Translations under genes and position numbers: made by a program
Shown: positions 1-24,561 of the stretch, one piece after another
How the letters are laid out: the number at the start of each line of letters is the position of its first letter
Position numbering within the stretch: position 1 is the first letter of the stretch
Notes under the pieces: generated by a model
What the model was told of the DNA's origin: nothing
The model's input: the letters and a program-made list of their open reading frames with translations, nothing else
The model's database searches: none
NCBI RefSeq assembly: GCF_009914755.1
Contig: NC_060929.1
DNA: 64,000 nucleotides
Reading direction: 5' to 3' (one strand)
DNA from: the human T2T-CHM13v2.0 reference genome, Homo sapiens

Positions 1-181
<181 letters not shown>

Positions 182-349
182 TTATTATATCAAAATTCAT
201 GTTTAAAAATGTAAGATTATATGATGGTATTTTACATTTTTAAATTTTAAATTTAAATTCTTATCAATTTTATTTTTGAAGAATTTTATGCTTGAAACTG
301 GGGATGTTTTTATTTTCTAGTTTCTAACTGGCATTTCTTTTTGTTCTTT

Positions 350-3772
<3,423 letters not shown>

Positions 3773-4090
3773 GAAAATATTTTCTATTTCTTCAATGGAA
3801 ATTCATCTTCCTCTGTGTATGTGTGTATTGTGGGTATACATAACAAATATATATGCTATATAGAGAATTATAATATAACAATATATATAAGTATTCAGGA
3901 ATTGAATTATATTTTCCCAAACTTTTTTTGTGTGTCAGCAATGTTTTCAAATGTATTCGCCTACATTCGAACCATGTAGTTTCTCATGTTTGCTTTCAGT
4001 TTATCTAATTAATGTCCTCTCATCATTTATTACTTTAAGTATTTGTGATTTCTCCTTTTTTTAAAAAATAGTTAGCTATTGGGTTTGAAT

Positions 4091-4093
<3 letters not shown>

Positions 4094-4133
<40 letters not shown>
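4094..4133. repeat. (TA)n microsatellite, ~20 units
   Basis: Perfect TA run. Confidence 0.97.
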
Positions 4134-4136
<3 letters not shown>

Positions 4137-4461
4137 TTTTCCTAGTCTGTTGGTATTTTTTATCTTACTTTAACTCACATCCTGTTTTCTTGAAGTTCAT
4201 TGTTTTAACTTTCCTAAGTTACTGAGTTGGACGTGCAATACATTTTTGCTCATTTTCCTATTTGTTAAAATAAACACTAGATGCTATAAATTTTCTCTTG
4301 AAAATTTTAACATTAGAAAAGATTAGATTAAAATCATTAGGATGTTTGATGGAGTCAAAAAATAATAATCTTTTTCCCTCCCAAGTTCAATCTATTCAAA
4401 CCCCTAACAGAAGTACAGGGCAAGTGAGTAATTAAAATGTTAATATCATTATTTATTGAAA

Positions 4462-4980
4462 TGTAAGGGTTAAATTGCCCAAGACTAATTTCTTACGGGA
4501 AAATAAACTAGCCAAGTATAAGGACCCAGGGAAATCAACTTTAACTCTGTCATCCTATGGGTTAACTCTGTCATCCCATGACTTGGACTCCAGAATTTCC
4601 TCTCCTCTTCCCCAGCATGCGTGTAATTCCCCAGACATGAACATGGCATGGTAAATTCTGCCACCACCTTGCCAAAATCATACAAGAATCCAAAGACTTG
4701 GACTTCAGCTCCTGATCATGCCAAGGAAGGAGATAATCGCTCTTTTCTGAACCCAGTTACAATCATGGGGTTGGCACAATGGGGATGAAACCATGGGTCT
4801 GCCACATCATATTTTCTATTTGTTCCTGGGCCCTGGTTGTTACCAGAAAAGGATGCTTCCATAGTCATGTAGATTAAGGAATCCTTCATCCCAAGGGTCA
4901 GGTTCTCCCTCTTGGAATGTGATATCTAGCCCATCCCTGCTGGTGTGAGCTGACCCATACCAGGCCACTGACCAAGTCTC
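4462..4980. mobile_element. Possible ancient LTR remnant, family unresolved
   Basis: Abrupt GC-richer block starting TGTAAGGG; LTR-like composition; internal 21-bp tandem duplication at 4541-4581. Confidence 0.3.
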
Positions 4981-5849
4981 TAGAAGATTTTCCTAATGAA
5001 TGCGCATAAAACAAACTTGCAAGTATGGTGCTGGGCTACTAACCATTGTCTGCAAGACACAGAGAAAGCTGAAATTGGAGAGTGCTGACCATCGTTGAAT
5101 GTCCTAATCACACAGACTTGCCCACCTAGTCGCAGGAAACACCGAGGCAAAAACGAAGATCTCTCTTCATGGAGGCACAAAAATGGAAGGAAAATAAGAA
5201 GAAACGGGAGAAAGAACAGAAAGGGAAAGAAAGAAAAGAAATGCCCCAGTCATTAAAAGGCAATTTTTTCCATGACTTTTTTCTTGTTCAGTAGTGAGTT
5301 ATGCCTCTAGTGTAATTTTCCAATAAAGCTTACCTATTTGTAACATTTAAAATGAGGTAAAGTCACTCACTCTCCTTCGCTATCATCATGAACTGGAACT
5401 GTTCACTGAATCTGTGATTTTTTTATTTCCCCTTTGCTCTACGTCCCACATGTTTGAGTTTGCATCTCCCCCAAGAACCCATAGTTGAAACTGTTTTTTT
5501 CCACCTTCCCTTTCTCAAATTGAATAAATCCACCCAAGAAATATTCTCTCATGTCATCCAGGCTTAGACCTATATTAGTATCATCCTAACTAACTCTCCC
5601 TCAATATGACTTGCCCTTAGCATGATTTCACTTATAGACTTATTTCCATACATTTTTCTGGCACATTCCCTCAGCACATCAACAATATCTGGATGCCTAC
5701 TCACAATGATTATGTCACCTTAAATCATACTCAACAATTATTTGATATTTTTACTATTTAGCCAGTGAACTAACTACAAGAATTCAAGATTATCTATTCC
5801 AAACTTTCCTCCTTGACCCTGAATGCAAAGTCGAATTTGGGGCAGCTTG

Positions 5850-6330
5850 TCGAGTATTGCCCACTTAAGCTTGGCAGCAAGGTACATGAAGAGAGTTTAT
5901 TACTTACAGATAGGAGGCAAGGGACAACAGAAGCCTAGGATCTGTCAGGAGTCAGTCCCCCAAGGCTCAATAAAGCTGCCTCGGGCAGATGGAATCTTGA
6001 CTGCAAGCGCCCCCTGCTTGTGCCACAGCTCAGGGACTCTGAAAGGCAGCTTCCTCCGGGTTCTATATGGACATGACCCATATAGACCCACTGGGCAAAG
6101 CTTCGAAGGACATTCTTTTTCCAGGGAGAGAGCAGCAGAGACTAAGCTGTCTTGGGCAGTTCCTTTCTAACTCAAGATGTTACATTTCCTTGGAAGGACA
6201 AGAACAAGGAATTTTCTCCATTTCAGGAATTTCCTCCCTGTTTCAGGATATTGCATTCCCAGAATGGGGGTTTGAGACTGGTAGACCAAAGCTATCCAGG
6301 GATCATCTGGCGCATTGCCACTCTATATAA
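5850..6330 (-). mobile_element. ERVL-class solo LTR, MER74/MER73-like
   Basis: Reverse complement reads CCTAGGCTTCTGTTGTCCCTTGCCTCCTATCTGTAAGTAATAAAC and AAATGTAACATCTTGAGTTAG, matching the remembered MER74-group consensus. Confidence 0.75.
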
Positions 6331-6389
6331 TTCTCTCCACAATAAATAATTAAACATAAAATTATTATTATTAAAGTAATGCATGTACC

Positions 6390-6515
6390 CACTGGGCACA
6401 GTGGTACACATCTTTAGTCCCAGCTACTCAGGAGCCTGAGGTGGGAGAATTGCTTGAACCAGGAGTTTGAGTCAGGCTTAGGCAACATAGTGAGACATCA
6501 TCTCTAAAAAATAAA
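6390..6515 (+). mobile_element. Free Alu monomer (FLAM-like)
   Basis: Single 7SL-derived arm: GGGCACAGTGG...CCCAGCTACTCAGGAG...GGCAACATAGTGAGAC, then an A tail. Confidence 0.88.
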
Positions 6516-8785
6516 TACATTTTAAAAATTAAATTCACACACCCAAGCCCCAAAAGTATCTTCCCAGCAGTGTTCTTTGAAATTCCACTTCATGTCTGAT
6601 TCCCAGGATTCCTGGACTAACGAGTCAGATCTTACACTTCCTAAGTTGAATTTTTCCACCAAAAGTGTTTATTCCTAGCCCTTCATTCAATCAGCCAAGG
6701 AAAAATTCTGTCCCTGTAACAGCCACTAGAGAAGCAGAACCAAAATCATGCATGCTACAGGCAGCCAGGAAACCAAGAAAGAAATGGGTTAAAGAAAGGG
6801 AATAAACCACTATGTGCAGGCTGTTTTTCCAAAAATCACCAATCACATGAAGCCACACTCATTGTCTCCTAGGAGGAGTGAATGAATGGGTGACCACAGA
6901 GACACCTAGATTGTTATGTTATTGAAGCTCTGCCAAGTGAAAGAGGGTTTACCAATGTTTTATTTTTTTTAATTTTCAGATATAGAACTTTTTTCTGATT
7001 TATTATTAATTTCAAGTTTTACTGCTTGAGTTCCACTGACTTTTTAATCTCTTCCTATTACCATTTTTTCCATTATTTCTTATACTTCTGCTTTCATGGA
7101 GATAATTCTCTTTCTTCTTCTTCCTCCTCCTGTTGTTATTATATTTATTTGTATCAGATAGAAGGATTATACTGGACATACTTTTAAATGATTGCACTTT
7201 CTCCTGATACATACTGGCAGCATAAATTGGAAGGAGAAATACACTTGAGGACAAAACAGTCTTGCTCTCAGACCTAAGATACAACAGATAAAAGTTTCCT
7301 AAGATGAAAGGGATAAGGCAGACTTTTATTCTGGTTTACTCTTATTAAGGTTATGCCTCCACAAAAAGGTTGTCTTGAACAGAATGGTTCCAAATTACAA
7401 ATATTCATCTTATTCTGCTGAATTATTTTTACTGCCTTTCCAAACATCAAATAAAATATGTCTTGTTATTAGTCACATGAATATGACCAAAATGTCACAA
7501 GTCACTATTGCTTCAAGCAGTTCGCCACTGCGGTTTTCAGCTCTTTCTGAGATTTTAGTCCTTTATTTCCTATTATCTTAAATACATATTTAAAAAGACA
7601 TTTGATAAAATTTAACTATCATTTCTATGTATTCTGTAAGAAAGTTTTTCATACTAATGAATATTGCTTGAATTGTAAACCCATAATTTTAAAGGCATTT
7701 ATACTTTCCATTTAAATATTGTGAATTTGGAGAATATCCCTAAAATGTATATCAATACGTTTAAAATTATTTCTATTTACATCATTTTAAAATACTTGTC
7801 AATTCACTTGAAGTTTACTATTTTTCATATTAACATTTTGTTTTTTTAGAGTGGAAATTACTAGGATAAGACTAATGCCTCTTTCACATTAAACATAGTT
7901 TCACAAGAAAAGCATCAGCATATTCCAAAGCATAAGATTAATTTATCTAGGCTACAGGACTGACCTAAATTTTTTAAAAAGAGAAATGTCTGAAGTATAA
8001 ACAAATTTTGGCACTTAAAAAAGATTTTCCCAAATGATTTAGAATAAAAAATTAAAATAGCAAATAAATATAATCATACACTAAAAATAGTTAAAATATA
8101 TATGAAGACTCATAAGATACAAAATTGTAACGTAGATGGAAATTCATAGCAAAAAGCCTAAAGAAAGAATGATAAAAGATGACATAAAATAAAAGTATGT
8201 ACATAAGAATATTTTCATTACAGTACAATTTAGAAAGAAAAAGATGTTGTAAATTAGTATCTAGTATAAATTAAAAAGGAAAATAAGAAAAATTTCCATT
8301 CTTTGAAAATTGCCTTAGAATGCTGCAAAAACAGAAAGTTCCATATACTGACTTCATAAGACATTTTATTCATTTTGTCTAATTCTAAATGTAATCCATA
8401 AAAACAAAATTGTTTTAATCGCAGCAGAACAAAATTAACAAAATGATTTCATGAGTTAACCCCCCTTATAAACGGGTGATTGGTCCTTACTATCCAGTAG
8501 TTTCTTAGGAAAAAAAAAATTCCCTGAGTTTTTATATATTCAAAACTGTTTGAATATATCCTTTAAACCTGAAAGACGTCTTCACTGGCTGTAGAACATT
8601 TAGTTTTTGGGTTCACACTTGCTTTCCCTGAATGTATTACAGGTGCTTCACCTGTGAATCCTGAAGCCACAGCTGATGAGATTTTCTCATTCTGGATGAA
8701 TCTAGGTAGATTCTCCTGCATAAAACAATGCTAATTTCAATACAGATACTCAATTCTTTTCTAATTTGAGAAAAAAGTTTCTTGA

Positions 8786-9091
<306 letters not shown>

Positions 9092-9212
9092 GAGTTATAG
9101 TTTTAATATTCATCTATTCCATTGTTTTGCCTTGATTCATGAGGGATTCTAGTTATATGAATTTTGAATCACCTTTGCATATTATCTATGCTTTTTTTTC
9201 TTTAATCATCTA

Positions 9213-9586
9213 TGATGTGGCTTGGCTGTATCCCCACCCAAAGTCTCATCTTGAATTTTAACACTCATAATGCCCACGTGTCATGAGACAGACCAGGTGG
9301 AAGTAATTGAATCATGGGGGCAGTTCCGCCACGCTGCTTTCCTGATGAGTGCGTTCTCAGGAGATCTGATAGTTTTCCGAAGGTGCCCTTCCCACTTCGC
9401 TCAGCACTCTCCTTCCTGCCACCTCCTGAAGAAAGTGCCTTGCTCCCCCTTTGCCTTTCGCCATGATTGTTAGTTTCCTGAGGCCTCCCCAGCCGTGCTG
9501 AACTGTGAGTAAATTAAACCTCTTTCTTTTATAAATTACTCAGTCTCAGGCAGTTCTTTATAGTAGTATGAAAACGGACTAATGCA
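9213..9586 (+). mobile_element. MaLR solo LTR, THE1 (THE1D-like)
   Basis: TGATGTGGCTTGGCTGTATCCCCACCCAAA start, ACGGACTAATGCA end, ATTAAA poly(A) signal, 5-bp TSD ATCTA at 9208-9212 and 9587-9591. Confidence 0.93.
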
Positions 9587-11486
9587 ATCTATCTCACTAA
9601 TTCTGCTGGCTTTCCATAGTATCTATATTCCTCCTTCCTGTTCCTTAGAATTGAGTCTTCATTTCTAAAACTGAATCTTCTGAAGAAACCTTTCCATGTT
9701 TTTCTCTTTCTCCTGTACTCTGCCATTGTGTTCTACATTATCTTAAAATCAAACTATCACCTCTTGTTAGGTGACTGTGTCCTTCCTTTGTTCTTGTACT
9801 TTTGTTTTGGAGTGTTACTTTATAGATACAAATGCCTCACTGATGGTTTATTTTGTTTTTGTTGTTCTTCATATACAAGTTCGTGGTACAATTTTAATGT
9901 GCTTTATAGCAATGTTTTTCTTATCATCTAGGTAGAAATTGTGCTATTTTTCATGTTTTTCTTGTAATATTTTAATAGAAACTTTATTTTTTATTACCCA
10001 TTTTTGAATGAGATATGTTTTTCTCTGAACTAGTAGCAGATTACTGTGGCAGTATTGATATGGTGATGGGAGGATAGTTTTCTGTAGATTTCTTGTTTAA
10101 GGGTTTCATGCTCTCTGGCTATGGCAATAAAGTATTGTAAAACAACCTGTTTTTGTATTGGTAGGCCTCGTGGAACTTACTCTTGTTCGTGATGACCTTT
10201 CCCAACAATCCCATATCTCTCTAATTTCTTCACAGACTACTCTGTCTAGGAATGATTGCAATTGTCTTCCTGGGCATTCCGTTCATTTTCAAAGGTGTAT
10301 TTTTATGCCACGTCCTATAATTTGTCATCTCTGGTACCTTTTTCTCACTCCTAGAGGCCTTTACCCTGTCAGCCTTGTTCAGAGTGGCTCCCTCTTCCTG
10401 GGGGAGGAGGGGAGTCTATCTGAGGAAGAATATTTGCTGGAGATTTCTGTGGTCTACCATCACATGGCCCCTCCACACCCTTCCTTCTTCCCCACAGAAC
10501 CACTGTGACTTGCACAGGCTTCCTAAATGATTCTTTTGGTCTCAGATGCTTTGGGTGTCATTCAGTGGTAATTGGACTTCTGGGTTTTCTCTTACTTCTC
10601 ATCGCACTGGAAATGTAGTCAATAGGTTTTTATTATTTTCTGGTTGCGCTGCATGGGGCTTAGCCTTTAGAATTTAGCATTTGGAATTTAGCATTGCCAT
10701 TTATGTTCCTAACCAGAACCAAAAATCCTGTTTGTATCATCTGAAATGCAGTATCTCAAAATCAGAAAACTAACAGAATCAAGACAGAAAAAAAAAAAAT
10801 AAGGAAATTTGGCTGGGTTTACATACATGCTATCTTGACTTTCTGGGCACACATATTGTATATATTAAAACGTAAGAATATTCATTTCCACTAAAAAGCA
10901 CTTTTCTCATTTTCCTTAAAACATGAAACCCTCTAATTCGTTTTTCACTTTTGATTGTACAAGAAAAAGAAAGGCAACAAAGGGAACATGATGCTACAAG
11001 GAAGCTAAGATTCAATGTCAGGGCTAGGGCATCATTGCAAATTGACAAAGATGGTGGCAAGCTAGAAAATGTGCACCATCCCTTGGATTGGGTCTAATGT
11101 GCCAGCTATGCAGATTGTTCAAGAAAACCCAGAAATTTTGGATTTGTATAAAAAATCTCCTGCATTTTAACTGATGGCATATTTTAAACACTATGTTCTA
11201 GTCAAATAATTTGTGAGCTGTGTCTGAGCAGCAGACTTTCAGCATATGAAGTCTTCCTATACTCTTAAACTTCAGTATTACTCTTATGTTTGACACCATC
11301 TTGATTTCTCTGCGTCTAGAACTGGACACATGAATATCTTATTTCACTTTTTGACATCTATTTCTAGAAATCCCACTAGAAAGTGTGAACTTAATTTTTA
11401 TTTTTCTGAAATTAATGGAAATCACATCTACTTTTTCATCAAAAAACTTCCCAATTATTTCTCCTGTAAATACTTGTTCATTAAAT

Positions 11487-11537
<51 letters not shown>
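11487..11537. repeat. Compound (TA)n(CA)n microsatellite
   Basis: TA run followed directly by a CA run. Confidence 0.97.
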
Positions 11538-11540
<3 letters not shown>

Positions 11541-12184
11541 TATTCTATTCCATGCTTGTGGTTCGTTTTAGAATTTGATAAATTGAACATCTTTCCTTTT
11601 TCCTCACAAATAAATTGAATATCTTTACTTTTTCCTCAAAAATATTCTGTCTGATGCTCCTTTTACTGCATGAACATAAAGGATACATTAATAATTTTAC
11701 TGGAAAGACAGGGACATCCATTCACAGGGTTGTCATGGGCATCTCAGGACTGTGTAATGGTCTAGATAATTACAAGAGCAGATGCCCAAAGAAAACATCA
11801 GAAAATAGCAAGAGGGAGGAATTAAATAGAATCAAATGTGGTCATTTAAACAAAGTATTTTTGTAACTCATAAGATATATGTGATTAAAATGCATTTAGG
11901 CTAAGAAAATGAAATGTGATTAGTCCAATTATTCAAGCAAAAAAAATTAATGTATTGAGTTTTCTTTTTTCTTTCATTTTCTCTTTTTTTTTGAGTTTTT
12001 TTGTTTGTTTGTTTTTTCATTTGGTTTGGTTTGGTTTAGTTTAGTTTTTGTCCAAATATAGCTCAATAAATTCTCATTATATAGTACAATGAACCCCAGA
12101 CTTTTCTACCTTCTACTTTAAAACCTTGAAAATTTGATAAACCAATTAGTAATACTGTCAGTCTTTTCTGCTGCAACCATCACT

Positions 12185-12232
12185 TACTGGCACATAGAAG
12201 GTATTCAACCAATATTTGTTAAAATAATAAAT
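12185..12232 (+). mobile_element. L2 3'-end fragment
   Basis: TGGCACATAGAAGGTATTCAACCAATATTTGTT resembles the L2 terminus. Confidence 0.55.
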
Positions 12233-12939
12233 TTATAAGTGCATATTATGGTATCAATGTTGATTCATTTATTCCAGCCTCATGGTAGAATCCTCACCAG
12301 CCTGGTGAAATTATCCTAATTTTATGAAAAAAAAATACCTATACTATATTTCTGCACACAATCTCTCAGTTAACTGCTTTAATCCACTAAACCCTCAGAT
12401 TGCAAAGGCTGGCAGAGTGTGCAACATGCTAAGTTTTAGATTTTGAGAGTCTTACAGTTCAGTCAAAGCAGTTCAAAAAATTTTAAATGGCCTACCATAC
12501 ACCTTAGGGGAAATTATACAGCAGATGTGCACCTTTGCTTGAGAAACTTACATACTTTTTCAGTATATAAGACTAGAGCCTACTTTATATCCATTGGTAA
12601 GTAAAGAGATAACTACAGTACATTTAGATAATGAAAGACTTTGCAGCAGGAAAATAAAGGATAGATATGTACTGGTTCACAGGCTATACATTATATTTTA
12701 AATAATACATGCTAGGTAAAATGATATATATATATTAACTTTCTATTTGCTTAAAAAATGGAAAATATATGTATTTCACATACCTATATATTAAAAGTGA
12801 CTAGGTTTTTGGTTTTTTTTGGGTTTTTTTTTTTTTTTTGGTGTGGGAACTGAAGGACTAGAGGTCTAGAATGAGAAGTTCGTATTATAATGAAGTAGTA
12901 GTACTAGTATTCAAAGCAGTACTTGCAACAATACTAACA

Positions 12940-13163
12940 ATGACAACAAGAGCTATGTGCCCATAACTTTTATTCATTTTACACAAAATATTTTATTAAA
13001 TCTACACAAAAATGAACAATAGGCCCTAGCATAATGTCTTTTTTTCAAAGCAAGAAACTGACTCACAGAAGAGTTAATTCTAAGATCATAGAATTAGTTG
13101 TTATTCCAGAATTAGCCCAACCTGACTCCAGAGCCAGTGATTTAAAATATTGCACTATACTGT
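12940..13163 (-). mobile_element. MIR fragment
   Basis: AAGAAACTGACTCACAGA core and CTGACTCCAGAGCC...GCACTATACTG end. Confidence 0.6.
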
Positions 13164-13199
13164 GTACATGTGTAACATTTTATAATCAAATATTTTTAA

Positions 13200-15600
<2,401 letters not shown>

Positions 15601-15640
15601 AATTAAAGGTAGAAGTTTTTTAAAAGGTTGTGTTATTTTA

Positions 15641-15946
15641 GGCTGGGCGTAGTGGCTCACACCTGTAATCCCAGCATTTAGGGAGGCCGAGGCAGGCAGA
15701 TCACTTGAGGTCAGGAGTTGGAGAACAGCCTGGCCAACATGGCAAAACCCTGTCTCTACTAAAAAATATAAAAATTAGCTGGGTGGGGTGGCAGGTGCCT
15801 GTAATCCCAGCCACTCAGCAGGCAGAGGGAGGAGAATTGCTTGAATCTGGGAGGCAGAGGTTGCCTTGAACTGAGATCGCACCACTGCACATCAACCTGG
15901 GTGACAGAGTGACACTGTCTCAAAAAAAAAAAATAAATAAATAAAT
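15641..15946 (+). mobile_element. AluS (Sx/Sz-like), full-length
   Basis: Dimer plus tail; 18-bp TSD AAAG(G/A)TTGTGTTATTTTA at 15623-15640 and 15947-15964. Confidence 0.95.
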
Positions 15947-17140
15947 AAAGATTGTGTTATTTTAATATGAATTATTGTTAACAAATGAAAGTAAGAAAAT
16001 AGTAAAAGTAACTATGCTTGTGGGGTTTTTTTCCCTATCCTCTTATACCCCTGTATTATTGAGACCTTCATCATAAAAGATCTTATTTCAATGTGTATAA
16101 TAAAGTGAAAGATAATAATTGATTAAAGTTTTGGTGCATAGCCACCAACCCCCCCTAATTCAGCCAGAGCACCAAGGGTTCTCATATTAACTATAAACCT
16201 CATGTAGTCTTCTTGGTTTCTACCACCAATCAATAAGCATGAAAGCATCTGCATTTCTGTGTAGCATAGTAGGTTTTCCAGTCACTGTCATATAAAACTT
16301 GCTAAATTCTCAGGCTTCCATTCAATATTTTTGGACTTCAATTTTTCCTTACTCTCATGCAGGTTATATGCCTTCTGCCTAATAATGTAAAACAGGCTTT
16401 GGACTATAGTTGGACAATGATATATTACTCCTCTTTAATCCAGTATTACTCTGATTATATCTATTGTGTTTTTCTGAGTAATTGTGTTCCTATGTTGTTT
16501 AATTGGCTGTCAAGAATTTCTTGAGAAAACATGAGTCTGTAAAATACTCTCCATTTTAATTTTTTGTGTGTCTTGGTTTGCTTGATAACTTCTTTGCATC
16601 TCAATCTACTAATCTACTACTATAGAGATATCATTGATGCTAAATTAATTAAAATGAAGGGCTGTATTTCTAACAAAACATCTAATAAAATAACTCATAC
16701 ATCTACAAATGTTTAAAAATGCTTTCAACAACTTTTATCTGACATTACAAACACTTTGGTACAATCAAATTTCTTGTTTTTTACATTAATGAGTGGAGAT
16801 TGCAGAAATTTTTTAACACGAGAAAGAATTGAGATAAGCTATTACTATTTTCAAGCAATGAAGTCAAAATTGAAGTATATTTCCATATTGGAAAATTTTC
16901 GATATCCCAGCAGTATTCATATTCTAAACATACATTTTAATGATTCAGAATATTTTCTCCATTATACTTAAAATAAATGTATATTTATGTGTATTTTGCA
17001 GATGCAAAAGCATCTCTAAATATAAATCCACCCTGGAATCTGTTTCTTGTGGAAAATTTAAAGAAAGTTCATCTGAAAAGCAGTTTTATATAAAAGCTTT
17101 CTTATTAAATCATCACTGAATTACAAAAATTGATGAAAAT

Positions 17141-17456
<316 letters not shown>

Positions 17457-17758
17457 TTATTGTGAAAAAAATTATACTTCTTTCATTCAAAGTTAGTATC
17501 TCTATTGGGTAAATTTTTTTTTAATCTTTGCACACCATGATCTGAATCAGAAAATATGTGTGTATGTATAGATCTACCTACTTTATGCTTTAATTTTAAT
17601 GACAATTTGATAGATAAGCTAAGATGTTCTACTGCACACAAGAATAAGGACTTTTTTTAAAAAACTGCTTTTCTCTTTAACTACAATTAACAAAGCTAAA
17701 TGTTGTGTTCTGTGATGCTTTATTTCTTAAGAAAAGTTTCCATCAGAAGTGTTGCCTC

Positions 17759-18074
<316 letters not shown>

Positions 18075-18639
18075 TCATCATTTTAATATGAAATTAAGAT
18101 TTCTGAAGTGCAAGCATAGTTTATTTATTTATCAACAATCCCTCAGGACCCATGAGCAAAGTGCAAGCTCTCAGAAAGTGCGACCAAATAATTAGATGTC
18201 ATTTAATGTATACACAGAGAACAAACTTGATTTTATAATTGTCGATTTGTTACCTTTGGTCTTTCACCTAACATGAAGAAATTCATTTTAAAATAAGACC
18301 TATTTATTCTGCTGTCTTTTCCACAATGAAATAATGCATAAGAAAAATATTCATTAAATATACATAATTGAAATGAGGATTTTTAAAATTATGAACATGT
18401 GATAATATTTCTATACCACTGACAACTTGACAAAATAATAAATATAAAATCAAAATGATACTCTAATGATATTAGGAACAGCTTATTGTTAATATTATTA
18501 TTTTGGAAAATACTATGGCAAAAACTTTCAAACTTCACAGTTTTATATCTTTAAAAATGTAATCTGAGTCCAAATAATTCTAAATAAGTAATTCAAGCAA
18601 AGATATAAGCTGTAAGATTTTCCTAGTGATCATCATATA

Positions 18640-18900
18640 TAACCATTTTAAAAACAGCCTCCAAGTCGTACAGGAATGGCTTGAGTACAAGAGAATGGAT
18701 TGAGTAAATTATGGCATATCACCAAAATGGAATTTTAAGAGGTGATTTAAATACAAATATATATGAAAACATGGATCAATGTATGTGAACTAATATTAAG
18801 TGAAGAACTGGTATCCACAGTGCATGTGCATTATTAATGTAACTGCCGAAATGTTTCTGGTCATCCACAGTTAAAAGGCAATACACAAACACAGACTTAC
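18640..18900 (+). mobile_element. Old L1M (ME-like) 3' fragment
   Basis: GAATGGATTGAGTAAATTATGGCATATC...AATGGAAT resembles the end of old L1 ORF2. Confidence 0.5.
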
Positions 18901-19784
18901 CCTTAAGGTAAGAGACCAGGGATAGCTTTATATGCCTTTTATTTCATAATTAAATAAATATTAAAAATAGTTACTGATTCAGAAGTCTCCATATTAAACT
19001 TTTACATATATTTATTATTTTTGCAGATCTTAAGTTCATGGTAAACTAATATTATGTTTATAGTAGAGATTAATGATCTTAAACATGTAGAATTATTTAA
19101 TAGGTTAAATATTAAACCTGTTAAATACAGTTATGAATTCCATAAACCGTGGATTCCAATTCTAATAGTACTGAGCAATTGTGAATAAAATGTTAATTTC
19201 ATTGACCCTCAGAGGATCAAATACAATTTTGGTAATTGAGCTGAGCATTCTAAATGACCCTTCCCATTTTCCAACTCTTGTTGCATTTTCTGAATGAAAC
19301 ATTTTTCTCCCTAACATTCAGGTGTTGATAGAGTAACTTTCAGGTGTTCCTGTATCTACTCTAACTTTAACGGCTATAATAGCAACATTTCTCATTTTTT
19401 GATATTTTAAAATAGCTTACTCTTAACCAATGTATAATTCATTTTATTCATTATCAGTACTATTTTATATGATTCAAAGAAACTATTCCCTGAATTGAAA
19501 ACCAGGGCACTAGACAAGAGAAGTTATTGTTTCCCTTTGATGTGCAATTTATTATTCATAAATAATTTTTATAGTTATAAAAATTAAATTCTGCTACTTA
19601 AGCTTTTAAATAATTGCCTTTGCTAAATATGATTTTATGAATTAAAACTGTGTCATAAAATTGAAGCTTGTACTTGAGTTATACATATTGCTATTATTAC
19701 ATTTTCACCTTAAAATACATGGCCACATAAATTCATACGAACAGCGATTCACAGTCACAATAATAGTATTTGATAAAACTAGCT

Positions 19785-19990
19785 AAATGCTAACATTTAT
19801 TGAGCACTTATTGTGTGCAAATTAGTTTACATCAATTATTTTAATTATCCCACTCATAATAATATTTATACATTTTTAAAATGAGGAAGTTTTGCAAGTG
19901 TACATAGCTGGTAAAGGGTAAAACTGGAATTGAATCTTAAGTAGAAATACTGTAGAGCTTGCATGATTAACCACAGTCCCATATAGCTTC
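19785..19990 (-). mobile_element. MIR fragment
   Basis: CTAACATTTATTGAGCACTTA...AAATGAGGAA...CTGGAATTGAATC. Confidence 0.65.
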
Positions 19991-20069
19991 CTATAAAATT
20001 AAAAAGATATTTGGTTCATCATGAAGGGCTTATACTATTTACTAAAAATGTGATTGATATATTTCTGGT

Positions 20070-20224
20070 TGTATGTCTATGTACGTATATATGTATATAT
20101 ACTTTTACACATGTAGGTATATATGTATATGCACTTACATATGTACACATTTCACATTTATACATGTATATATGTATTTGTACATTTATACACTACAGAT
20201 ACCTACATATGTATGTATGTGCTA
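20070..20224. repeat. Low-complexity (TA/TG/CA)-rich tract, left half of the tract split by the full-length L1
   Basis: Degenerate TATG/TACA repeats running up to the TSD. Confidence 0.85.
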
Positions 20225-20672
20225 GACATATCTTTCTTTTTTTAAATGTTTTTATTTTATTAGAATAAAACAAGATTTTGTAATATACTTAGAGTGACAA
20301 ATATTTATTTTTCAAGGATAAATTGAGCAGAAATAAAATGGACTGAATTTTTGATGATCTGTCTAAACTGTACTTTTAAGTGCTCATTATGAATTTTTAA
20401 AAAGAAAATACTGTTAATGGTTTATACATATTTTCTATTTTTTATTCTTTTTTTTTATTTTTTTTTAATTATACTTTAAGTTTTAGGGTACATGTGCACA
20501 TTGTGCAGGTTAGTTACATATGTATACATGTGCCATGCTGGTGCACTGCACCCACTAACTTGACATCTAGCGTTAGGTATATCTCCCGATGCTATCCCTC
20601 CCCCCTCCCCCCACCCCACAACAGTCCCCAGAGTGTGATATTCCCCTTCCTGTGTCCATGTGATCTCATTGT

Positions 20673-24498
<3,826 letters not shown>

Positions 24499-24561
24499 TA
24501 TGATGTTAGCTGGTTATTTTGCTCGTTAGTTGATGCAGTTTCTTCCTAGTCTTGATGGTCT

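Noticed and set aside
20426-20437. ACATATTTTCTA as the TSD directly adjacent to the L1 poly(A)
   Set aside because: It needs a gap to match. The copy at 20225-20237 is a perfect 13-mer and restores a continuous low-complexity tract. Kept only as the alternative hypothesis.
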